Under the pieces are notes generated by a model, which did not search any database, was not told where the DNA came from, and was given only the letters and a program-made list of their open reading frames with translations. Shown here piece by piece: positions 45,625 through 54,428 of a DNA stretch of 64,000 nucleotides (position 1 is its first letter; each line of letters opens with the position of its first letter). The DNA comes from an uncultured Mageeibacillus sp. (GTDB lineage: Bacteria > Bacillota > Clostridia > Saccharofermentanales > DTU023). The position numbers were made by a program, and so were the translations under genes. The DNA lies in contig CAZSFQ010000003.1 of assembly GCA_964606165.1 (NCBI GenBank), positions 64,322-128,321 on the forward strand, written 5' to 3'.

Positions 45625-46668
45625 ATGACAGAAAAAGAAATCCGTCTGACCCAGCTGACCAGCGCCGGCGGCTGAGGGGCCAAGGTAGGACCGGGGGTCC
45701 TTTCCGAGCTGCTGGCTGGTTTGCCGAAAAAAATTGACGACCGCCTCCTTGTCGGTTATGAAACCGACGATGACGCCTGCGTCTACCTCGTTTCCGACGA
45801 CATCGCTGTCATCCAGACAGTCGATTTCTTCCCGCCTGTCGTCGATGATCCTTATGACTACGGCCGTATTGCCGCGGCCAACGCCCTGAGCGATGTCTAC
45901 GCCATGGGAGCTGTACCTAAAACAGCGCTGAACCTGCTTTGCTTTTCGTCTTGTATGGACCTGGCCGTCGTGCGCAGGATTCTTGAAGGCGGGGCCGACA
46001 AGTGCGTGGAGGCCGGGGTCACCATCGCAGGCGGTCACAGTATCGAGGATGAAGAGCCCAAATACGGCCTGTCCGTCATGGGTCTCTGCCACCCGGATCA
46101 GATCCGGAGGAACAACACGCCCCGTGCGGGCCATCAGCTTGTTCTGACAAAGGCTCTTGGTACGGGAGCTCTTTCTACGGGCGCCAAAGCCGACCTTCTC
46201 GACAAGGAGACCGAACAGCTCATGGTTGATACCATGGCCAAACTGAATAAATACGCCTTTGAGGCTTCCCTGGGCCTTCATGTATCTGCCTCAACCGATA
46301 TCACAGGTTTCGGCCTGCTCGGACATATGCGGGAAATGGCGGGTGATGGCGGAGGGATCACCCTGGAACTCGACAGCCGGTCCGTCCCCCTGCTGCCCCA
46401 GGCTCTGGATATGGCCAGGGACGGCATACTCCCCGGCGGAACCTACCGCAACAGGGACTATGTCGGCGACCGGGTTCGGATTGACAAGGAAATTCCCATG
46501 GCCTTGACGGATCTCATGTTTGACCCCCAGACCTCAGGCGGTCTCTTGCTGGCCATGAAAGAGGATGACGTCGAACCTTATCTCAGTACCCTGCGCGGGA
46601 TGGGCGAGGAGGCGTGGCCGGTCGGCCGCGTCCTTCCCTGGCAAGGTGTCGCCATCCGGGTGATCTGA
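45625..46668 (+). CDS. selD: Selenide, water dikinase SelD, with selenocysteine encoded by an in-frame UGA at 45673-45675
   Basis: The ORF track starts at 45721, but the ATG at 45625 (AGGAGG RBS) reads MTEKEIRLTQLTSAGG-U-GAKVGPGVLSELLAGLPKK in frame. This is the SelD N-terminal Gly-rich loop with Sec at the catalytic Cys/Sec position. Confidence 0.85.
45684..45705 (+). promoter_or_regulatory. SECIS-like hairpin for selD UGA recoding
   Basis: Core stem AGGACC-GGG-GGUCCU with flanking G/C pairs, beginning ~9 nt 3' of the UGA. This is typical bacterial SECIS placement. Confidence 0.6.
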
Positions 46669-47748
46669 TCAGCAGAAGATTTCCGACAGCACCTGATCCG
46701 TATAGTCCCCGAACAGGGGGCCGTTGGCGTACTGCATAAAGCCCAGCTCCCCTATGTCATTATATTCGATAAGAACCGGTTCACCGTCTTCAGCGACAGC
46801 AATATCCCAGGCAATCAGGCGCGTATAGGGAAGGCGTTCCGCCATTTTCACAGCCATCTCCCTGACCGCCTGGAAGGAGGGAACAGGATAGCCGCTAAAA
46901 TCAAAGCCCTGCGGGTGCCGGCCGAACTGGTCGCCATTGGCCGAGAAGGCAACTTCCCGCAGGCTGCCGTCTTCCCTGACACCACATACGATGCCGCCAA
47001 AACCCAGGTTATCCACCTGGCTGCCACCGGCGCCCATTTTCAGCACGGTCGAAAGCGCGACGGCCTGGCCGTCAATCAAAAGCGTCATCACGCGCAGGCA
47101 GTTGACTGAACTCTCATGGATGGCGGCAAGGGCGGCATGCTGCCTGACCACCTTCTGAACGATATAACTTGGGACCTGGTCAAAGTGGGTGTCCAGGAAA
47201 TCTGAAACTTCTGCCGCCTCCCTGGCAGAGTGAAACCGGATCCCCTTGCCGCTGTGGGTGCGTGTCGCCGGCTTGACAACCGCCTCACCGCTTTCAAGGA
47301 ATAGCCGGATCGCTTCTTCCCTGCTGATCAATTGATAGTCGGCGTTGTAGAAGGATCCCTTGATTCGCATGAAGACCGTCTCCGGCTGGCGGCAGTTAAA
47401 GAGGAGAGGCTGAAGGCACTTGTTGGTCAGGACGGCATAGTCACGGTCGTTCAGATAGCCAAGCATGCGGGTAAGGTAAAGGTCGTCGGGCAGATAGCGA
47501 ACGTCAAAATCGCCGTGCATACAGGAGTACAAAGCCTGGAAGAGCGGGCGGTTCTTTTTCGTATAGCGGTTCCAGTAATCCCGGATCATCTTTTTCTGTT
47601 CCCGGCTGATGCAACACTGCCGGTGCTTGAATTCCTTGCGGCTGCCTGACCGGATCGACCAGACCATGGCGCGGGCCATGGCGGCATCGGCCTGCTTGTT
47701 CAGGAAGGAAACCCAGGCCCGGATCATTCTCTTAAATTTGTCGCGCAT
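46669..47748 (-). CDS. ATP-grasp family protein (sugar-transfer-associated ATP-grasp type)
   Basis: ~360 aa. VVKPATRTHSGKGI, GGIVCGV and LIAWDIAV..DGEPVLIEYN are reminiscent of the ATPgrasp_ST family. The ATG at 47748 has a GGAAGGAG RBS. Its stop abuts the selD stop. Confidence 0.55.
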   Translation of the reverse strand: MRDKFKRMIRAWVSFLNKQADAAMARAMVWSIRSGSRKEFKHRQCCISREQKKMIRDYWNRYTKKNRPLFQALYSCMHGDFDVRYLPDDLYLTRMLGYLNDRDYAVLTNKCLQPLLFNCRQPETVFMRIKGSFYNADYQLISREEAIRLFLESGEAVVKPATRTHSGKGIRFHSAREAAEVSDFLDTHFDQVPSYIVQKVVRQHAALAAIHESSVNCLRVMTLLIDGQAVALSTVLKMGAGGSQVDNLGFGGIVCGVREDGSLREVAFSANGDQFGRHPQGFDFSGYPVPSFQAVREMAVKMAERLPYTRLIAWDIAVAEDGEPVLIEYNDIGELGFMQYANGPLFGDYTDQVLSEIFC

Positions 47749-47855
47749 GCCAACACTCCTTCCGTCCGTCAAGGCGATCCGCTCTGATTCGGCATTATTC
47801 TACCACTCCCTTTGGTAAGATGAGTTTAAGAACTCAAGACAAAGAGGTGATGGGG

Positions 47856-49310
47856 ATGACCATTGAAAGTCCGCGGGACCTGCCAAAAGTGGATGAGTTG
47901 CTGCGTGATTCGCGTTTCGACAAGGCCAGGGAAACCATGGGCTACATCCCTGTACGAGAAGCGGTGCGCGGTATTCTCGACGCGGCGCGGCAGTTGCTTC
48001 TTGAAAGCGGAGATAAGCCCCACCCGGACACCACATATATCGGCCGGACTGGCCATGGGACGGAGGGAAGCTTATCCCTGACCGCGCAAAGCCTGGTCAC
48101 GGCAGCACTTAATAAGCTCGATACCGAAGCCAGGCCGGGGATCCGGAAAGTCATCAATGCCACCGGCGCCATCCTCCACACCAATCTTGGCCGGGCACCC
48201 CTGGCCAGGCAGGCTCTGGCCGCAATCCAACGAAGCAGTGAAGGCTACGCGTCACTCGAATTTGATCTGGAAGAAAACAGACGGGGCCAGCGTACGTCAT
48301 CGGTGGAAACCCTGCTTTGCCGTCTTTTCCCCATTGAAGCCGCGACAGTGGTCAACAACAACGCGGCTGCTGTCATGCTCGCCTTGTCGGCCTTGTGCCG
48401 GGGGCGTGAGGTCATTGTTTCGCGCGGTGAGCTGGTCGAGATCGGGGGCAGGTTCAGGATCCCCGAGATCATGGAGGAAAGCGGCGCCATTCTGCGCGAA
48501 GTCGGCACCACCAACAAGACACATCCGGCCGATTATGAGAGCGCCATCGGCGACTCAACCGCGGCCCTTCTCAAAGTTCATCGCAGCAATTTCCGGCTGT
48601 CGGGCTTTACCGGAGAGGTTGACGAATTCCAACTGTCCGAATTGGCCCACAAGCACGGCCTCCCTCTGATCTATGACCTGGGAAGCGGCCTCATCTCCGC
48701 GGAGCTTTCCGCCCTGCTGACTGACGAACCGACCGTCCCTGCCGCCCTTGCCTCCGGCGCCGATGTCATCTGTTTTTCCGGTGACAAACTCCTCGGCGGG
48801 CCCCAGGCCGGCATCATCATCGGTAGGGCCGACCTGGTGGGGAAAATGGCCTCCCACCCCCTGATGCGTGCCTTCCGGTGTGACAAGATGACCCTCGCGG
48901 CCCTTGAGGCAACCCTGGCGCTCTATCTGGATCCCGACCGCGCCAAAGAGGAGATCCCTTTGCTGGTGTCGGCGCTTTATGATACCGCCGCCCTGCGTGA
49001 ACGGACCGAAGAGGCGGCGGCCGTCCTCGCCCAACACGGGATTGGCGCGCAGGCTATCTCCTCTCCCATGATCATGGGGGGAGGGGCGGCGCCTGAAGTC
49101 GCTGTGGACTCATGGGCCCTGGCCGTCAATCCCGGCACACTGCCGATCTTTTCGCTGGAATCCAGATTGCGGGCTTTTGACCCTCCCGTCCTCTGCCGCA
49201 CAACACACGAAACACTTTTGTTCGACTTGCGGACTGTTTCTGAAGAAGAGGAGCGCCTGCTTATTTTCGCCCTGGTCGACGCATTTGACAGAGAGGCGGA
49301 TCAGCTATGA
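47856..49310 (+). CDS. selA: L-seryl-tRNA(Sec) selenium transferase
   Basis: LPKVDELLRDS, VINATGAILHTNLGRAPL and PLP-lysine FSGDKLLGGPQAG motifs. The ORF opens at 47820, but the ATG at 47856 has a GAGGTG RBS and matches the family N-terminus. Confidence 0.9.
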   Translation: MTIESPRDLPKVDELLRDSRFDKARETMGYIPVREAVRGILDAARQLLLESGDKPHPDTTYIGRTGHGTEGSLSLTAQSLVTAALNKLDTEARPGIRKVINATGAILHTNLGRAPLARQALAAIQRSSEGYASLEFDLEENRRGQRTSSVETLLCRLFPIEAATVVNNNAAAVMLALSALCRGREVIVSRGELVEIGGRFRIPEIMEESGAILREVGTTNKTHPADYESAIGDSTAALLKVHRSNFRLSGFTGEVDEFQLSELAHKHGLPLIYDLGSGLISAELSALLTDEPTVPAALASGADVICFSGDKLLGGPQAGIIIGRADLVGKMASHPLMRAFRCDKMTLAALEATLALYLDPDRAKEEIPLLVSALYDTAALRERTEEAAAVLAQHGIGAQAISSPMIMGGGAAPEVAVDSWALAVNPGTLPIFSLESRLRAFDPPVLCRTTHETLLFDLRTVSEEEERLLIFALVDAFDREADQL

Positions 49311-51205
49311 AACATGTCATCATCGGCACGGCCGGCCACGTCGATCATGGCAAATCTTCCCTGATCCTGGCCCTGACCGGCCGCGACCCCGACCGGCTCA
49401 CCGAGGAAAAAGAAAGAGGCATCACCATCGAGCTGGGCTTCACCTGGCTCGATCTGCCCGACGGCTCGCGGTCGGGCATTATTGATGTTCCCGGCCATGA
49501 AAAATTCATCAGCAACATGCTGGCGGGAGCCGGCGGGATTGATCTCGCCCTGCTGGTCGTCGCCGCCGACGAGGGTGTCATGCCGCAGACGCGCGAACAC
49601 CTGGGAATTCTGTCGCTGCTTGGTATTCCGCATGGGGTCATCGCGCTCACCAAGTGCGATCTGGCCGATGAGGAGCTGATTGAACTGGTCGAAGAGGATC
49701 TTCGCGACCAGGTCCGCGGCACATTCCTGGAGGACGCGGCCGTCATCCGGACATCAACTGTATCGGGTGAGGGCATTGAAAGCCTGCGGACCACCCTCTT
49801 CGACCTGATCGCCGCGGCGGATTCCACGAGAGACGAGCTCCCCTTCCGGCTGCCTGTCGACCGGATTTTTTCGCTGGGCGGCTTTGGAACCATCGTGACC
49901 GGGACCCTGATTGAGGGGATAGTCCGGACAGGTGACCAGGCCGGGATCTATCCCCAGGACAAGACCGCGCGCGTGCGGGGCATTCAGATTCATGAAACAG
50001 CGGTGGATACCGCCTGGCCGGGGCAGCGCGTCGCCCTTAACCTGACTGGCGTAAAAAAAGACGATTTGGCCCGGGGCGATACCCTGGCCGCGCCGGGAAG
50101 CCTGCGGGGAAGCCAGCTCATCGATGCCACCCTGACCGCGCTCCCCGGAGCCCGCTTCCCCATCACCAACAAGATGCGGGTTCACCTCTTCCACGGCGCC
50201 CGTGAAATCCTGGCCCGCATTGTGCTGCTTGACCGCGATATCCTGGAACCGGGTGACACGGGCCCTGCCCAGATAAGGCCCGAGGAGGAACTGTTCGCCA
50301 AGTACGGTGACCGCTTTATCATCCGTTTTTATTCGCCGCTTGAGACAATCGGGGGCGGTGTCATTGTTGACCCCCTGCCGGCAAGGCGCAGGCGCATGCG
50401 TGAAAACAACTCCGGTGATTTTGACATCATGGCCGGCCATGACCCGTCGGCCCGCCTCAGCCTGGCTGTCGCCCACAGGAGCGACAGGCTTGCCTTACTG
50501 GAAACCGCCTTTTACCGGGCAGGTGTCAGCGCCTTGGACGGCAAGGAATTGCTCAGCGGCCTTGTCGCCAGCCAATCCCTTGTCCTCCTGAATGAGCGCG
50601 TCGCGGTCAGCGAAAGCTTCCTGGAATCACTGGGCCGAAAAGCGTCAGCCCTGCTCGCCAGCTTCCATGCCAAACGGCCGCTCGAGCAGGGGATGAGGCG
50701 TGAGGAACTGCGGACCAGGCTGATGCCGCGCGCGGGGATCCAGTTGTCCGATCTTGTCATCGACCGGCTGCGCGACAGGGAAATCCTTGACACTTACGAT
50801 GGCTTGGTCTCCCTTCATGGCTACCGGGTCTCTCTTTCGCCGGAAGAGGAGAAGGCAGTCCATGAGATGGAGATGATCTTCCTGAAGGCGGGTTACGCGC
50901 CCCCCCTGCCCGACGAGATCCCGCTGCAGCCGGGCAAGCGGGTCGACCGTACGCAAATTTTGTCTTTGCTGATCGACCGTGAAATCCTGATCCGGCTGAC
51001 CCCCCAGATCCTGATGCACCGGGACAAGGTGGATCAGGCGTGGGCCGTCGCCCGCGACACGATTGAGCGGGAAGACGGGATCACTCTGGCTGACTTTCGC
51101 GACCGGCTGGAAACAAGCCGCAAATTTGCCATCGCCCTTCTTGAGTACTTTGACAAAATGAAACGGACCCGCCTGACCGGCGAGACACGCGTATTCTTCG
51201 CCTAG
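49307..51205 (+). CDS. selB: Selenocysteine-specific translation elongation factor SelB
   Basis: GTPase motifs GTAGHVDHGKSSL, DVPGHE and TKCD, with C-terminal winged-helix repeats. ATGA overlap with selA. Confidence 0.9.
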   Translation: MKHVIIGTAGHVDHGKSSLILALTGRDPDRLTEEKERGITIELGFTWLDLPDGSRSGIIDVPGHEKFISNMLAGAGGIDLALLVVAADEGVMPQTREHLGILSLLGIPHGVIALTKCDLADEELIELVEEDLRDQVRGTFLEDAAVIRTSTVSGEGIESLRTTLFDLIAAADSTRDELPFRLPVDRIFSLGGFGTIVTGTLIEGIVRTGDQAGIYPQDKTARVRGIQIHETAVDTAWPGQRVALNLTGVKKDDLARGDTLAAPGSLRGSQLIDATLTALPGARFPITNKMRVHLFHGAREILARIVLLDRDILEPGDTGPAQIRPEEELFAKYGDRFIIRFYSPLETIGGGVIVDPLPARRRRMRENNSGDFDIMAGHDPSARLSLAVAHRSDRLALLETAFYRAGVSALDGKELLSGLVASQSLVLLNERVAVSESFLESLGRKASALLASFHAKRPLEQGMRREELRTRLMPRAGIQLSDLVIDRLRDREILDTYDGLVSLHGYRVSLSPEEEKAVHEMEMIFLKAGYAPPLPDEIPLQPGKRVDRTQILSLLIDREILIRLTPQILMHRDKVDQAWAVARDTIEREDGITLADFRDRLETSRKFAIALLEYFDKMKRTRLTGETRVFFA

Positions 51206-51219
51206 CGAGGTCAAACGAG

Positions 51220-54200
51220 ATGCCACCAGCATGCTGCCCCCGCCTCATCTATCACACAGATCCCGACCAGCTGGTCCGCCGGGTCTTTGACGAACTTGGC
51301 CAACACCAGTCGGCCTGGCCGGATCACCGGGCCTTCATCCTGGTGCCGGAGTATCTGAAAGCCGATATGGAGCGCCGCTACCTGACCGGACAGCATGCCG
51401 GCGGTCTGATGATGTCTGAAGTCCTTTCCTTTCGCCGCCTGGCAACGCGGCTTTTCATGGAGGCGGGCCGCCAGGCCGCGGCCAGTCTCTCAAAAGCGGG
51501 CAAGGCTGTTTTGGCACAGGGCTTGCTGCTGGACAGCAAGCTTCCTTTCCGAAGATTCAACCGGCTGGCCGGAAGACCGCGCTACGCCGCGGAACTGGTC
51601 AGTGTTCTGGGAGATTTTCAACGTTATGGTATATCCACCAAAGACCTGATGAATACTGAAGAGGAGATCGGCACTGCCGTCGCGAGCCAGGCAACCATGG
51701 ATAAGCTGCACGATTTCGCTCTTCTCAAGGATGCGCTGGAAAAAGAACTTCAACTGCGGCACTTGGATGACCCTGACGAAGAACTGAGCCGTTTGGCGCA
51801 ATTACTGGACACCGAACCCTTGCCCGGCCGCCTGGCTTTCCTGGGGAACTCCCATGTCTGGATCCTGGGTTTCGGCAACAGCCGTGATTTTACCTCCCAG
51901 GAGCGGCAGGTCCTGAAAGCCCTCTCATCCAAAGTCGCTTCCCTGACCATCGCGATTGCCGATGACGGCTCGGAAGGGGAAGAAATCGCTTTCCGGCATG
52001 GCAGCGAAAGCCTGCGGTCGCTCGAGCGGCTCTTCCCCGGATCCAGGAGGGAACGGCTGCCATCTCCAGTCACCCGCCCGCAACCGGAGATGTGCTTTAT
52101 ACGGGCCATCGACAGGCGTGAGGAAGTGCGCTATGCCGCCGGGGAAATCCGCAGACTTCTGCTGACGGGCAAGACGCGGCGAAAGGACATCGGCATTGCC
52201 CTTTGTGAGACGGACATGGCTTCCGCCTACCTTGAACCTGCCCTGGCCGAGTACGGGATTGACGCCTACATTGACACGGGCAGGCCGCTCCATCAAAGCT
52301 CCTTTCTACGCTTCCTGCGATCTTTTCTCAAACTGTGCAAACACGAATTCAGCCTGGATGACCTGCTCGACTATTACAGAAGCGGCCTTTCCGGCCTGGA
52401 TGGCCAGGAGATCGATCTTTTTGAAAATGAGGCCCTGGCCATCGGTTGGCGGGGAGTCCGCGATTCTTCCAGGATCCTGACCGGGTTTGACCCGCTGACG
52501 CCGGAGGGTCTGGCCGTCACCTCTGTTCTTGCTGACTTGGAAAAGTTGCTGATGCGGATAACCGCCATGCGGGAAGCAGGGACTGGCAGGTCCAAGTGCT
52601 CCCTGCTGATTGACTTGCTGTTTGAAGGTGAAAGCCCTCCCGCCCGGCTGATCGGGGAACAAAGGGACAAGCTGCTGGCGGACGGCCACAAGGAGAGCGC
52701 CCGTACTCTGGTCGCCTCTTGGAACGCGGTCATCGATTACCTGGAGGAATCCGCCGGGCTCCTCGGTGAGACCCGCATTTCCCAGGAGCATTTTGCATCC
52801 CTCCTGCTCGCGGGCATGGAGGGTTTGTCGCTGGCTTCAATTCCCGCCGGTATCGATCTGGTCCGGGTGGGCTCACTTGCCCAGATGGCCTCCTGGCCAT
52901 GCCGGATTTTATTTATTTTGGGCGCGACCGACGCGGCTTTTCCTCCTCCGCCCGGGCAGGAAGGCTACTTGCTGGATGAGGAAAGGGCTTTCCTGGCTGA
53001 CCGGTCAGGCAAGCCCTTCCCCAACAGGACCAGGGACCAGGCCGCGACACAGGCCTGGCTGATTCACTCACTCCTTACCAGACCCGGCCAGGCACTTTAC
53101 TTGTCAACACCGACCCTGGGAGACGACAGTTCGCGTCTCTTTGACGAATGGCTTGCGGAAAAAGGAGGCGATGAAATCGTCCTGACCAGGCAGACTGCTC
53201 AACCCGACCCGCGCTGGTACGCGCCCGGGACGGCGGTCAGGATGCTCCGATGGACCCGCGACGCGCCCCTGGCCTGGCAGGAGGCCGTCGCGCATTTCAA
53301 AAAAGATATTCCCCGCCTGCTTCAGCCGGCCGATGAAATGGCCGCTTCTCTCGCCCTGCCCCAATCACTGGCCGAAGCCGTCATGACAGAGCGTAAGGGC
53401 GTCAGCGTTTCCTTGATCCAGCTTTATAATTCCTGTCCCTTCCGGTTCTTTATCCAATACCTGACGGGCGCAACCGAACGGATCATACCCGAGGACATGG
53501 CAAGCCACCAGGGAACCCTCCTTCACCGCCTGATGGAATTGGCTGTGGAGGAATTGATCGACCTGCTCGGGGTCTCTTCGCAGGATGAAAATTTGGCAGT
53601 CACTCTTGGCTGGCAAGAACGTCTGACCCCCCTGCATATGCGCGATCTGTACCGGCAGGCGACCGGGGACCGGCAGCTGGCATGGTATGGGGAGCCGTCT
53701 CTTTCAGGCGGAATCGGCGAGCGAATGATCATGCGCGCCGCGGACACCCTTGGCATCCTCGCCGAATTCAACCGCAAGGATGAATTCAGGCCGCGGCTTC
53801 TGGAGTGGTACTTCCCCCAGGAAGGTCGGCCGCCCTATCTGTTGAGGGCCGGCAAACACGACTTCACCTGCCGCGGCCTGATCGACCGGATCGATGAAAA
53901 CCCGCAGGGCCTGATCCGGCTGATCGATTATAAGCGTTCATCCCGGGAGTTCTCCTGGCTGGGCCTTTACGATGGTACCGACCTCCAGCTCCCTCTCTAC
54001 AAAAGAGCTTATGAGACCGCTTTTCCGGGAAGCCTGATCGAAGGACTTCTTTTCGCCGGCTGGAAGACATCCAATCATTACCAACTATCTTCCTTCCGGC
54101 CGCCCCCCTCTCCCGATGAAAATACAGGCCTCAAATCACTCGAAAAGCAGATGGCCGTATGGAAGGAAGATCACCTGCAAAAGGTGGCCCGTTTCGCTGA

Positions 54201-54411
54201 AAAGAAAGCTGTCGAAAGCCTGGAATCAATCCTGAGCGGACATTTCCCCGCAAAGCCAGCCATGCGGGAAAACAGCCAAAACCCCTGCGCTTACTGCCCC
54301 TGGTATGCCGCCTGCGGCTACGACAGCCGGCTGGCGCGAAATCAGGCCAAAGCCGCGGATAAAGAAGAAAACAGCAGGGCGCGCGAGGCAATCCTGGAGG
54401 CGGGCGGTTAA
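51220..54411 (+). CDS. addB: Helicase-exonuclease AddAB, subunit AddB (RexB)
   Basis: 1063 aa. C-terminal RecB-type nuclease with Fe-S cluster cysteines (CPFRFF...; CAYCPWYAAC). The N-terminal Walker A motif is absent. Starts 14 nt after selB. Confidence 0.85.
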   Translation: MPPACCPRLIYHTDPDQLVRRVFDELGQHQSAWPDHRAFILVPEYLKADMERRYLTGQHAGGLMMSEVLSFRRLATRLFMEAGRQAAASLSKAGKAVLAQGLLLDSKLPFRRFNRLAGRPRYAAELVSVLGDFQRYGISTKDLMNTEEEIGTAVASQATMDKLHDFALLKDALEKELQLRHLDDPDEELSRLAQLLDTEPLPGRLAFLGNSHVWILGFGNSRDFTSQERQVLKALSSKVASLTIAIADDGSEGEEIAFRHGSESLRSLERLFPGSRRERLPSPVTRPQPEMCFIRAIDRREEVRYAAGEIRRLLLTGKTRRKDIGIALCETDMASAYLEPALAEYGIDAYIDTGRPLHQSSFLRFLRSFLKLCKHEFSLDDLLDYYRSGLSGLDGQEIDLFENEALAIGWRGVRDSSRILTGFDPLTPEGLAVTSVLADLEKLLMRITAMREAGTGRSKCSLLIDLLFEGESPPARLIGEQRDKLLADGHKESARTLVASWNAVIDYLEESAGLLGETRISQEHFASLLLAGMEGLSLASIPAGIDLVRVGSLAQMASWPCRILFILGATDAAFPPPPGQEGYLLDEERAFLADRSGKPFPNRTRDQAATQAWLIHSLLTRPGQALYLSTPTLGDDSSRLFDEWLAEKGGDEIVLTRQTAQPDPRWYAPGTAVRMLRWTRDAPLAWQEAVAHFKKDIPRLLQPADEMAASLALPQSLAEAVMTERKGVSVSLIQLYNSCPFRFFIQYLTGATERIIPEDMASHQGTLLHRLMELAVEELIDLLGVSSQDENLAVTLGWQERLTPLHMRDLYRQATGDRQLAWYGEPSLSGGIGERMIMRAADTLGILAEFNRKDEFRPRLLEWYFPQEGRPPYLLRAGKHDFTCRGLIDRIDENPQGLIRLIDYKRSSREFSWLGLYDGTDLQLPLYKRAYETAFPGSLIEGLLFAGWKTSNHYQLSSFRPPPSPDENTGLKSLEKQMAVWKEDHLQKVARFAEKKAVESLESILSGHFPAKPAMRENSQNPCAYCPWYAACGYDSRLARNQAKAADKEENSRAREAILEAGG

Positions 54412-54428
54412 GCTCAGGGACGCGCCTC

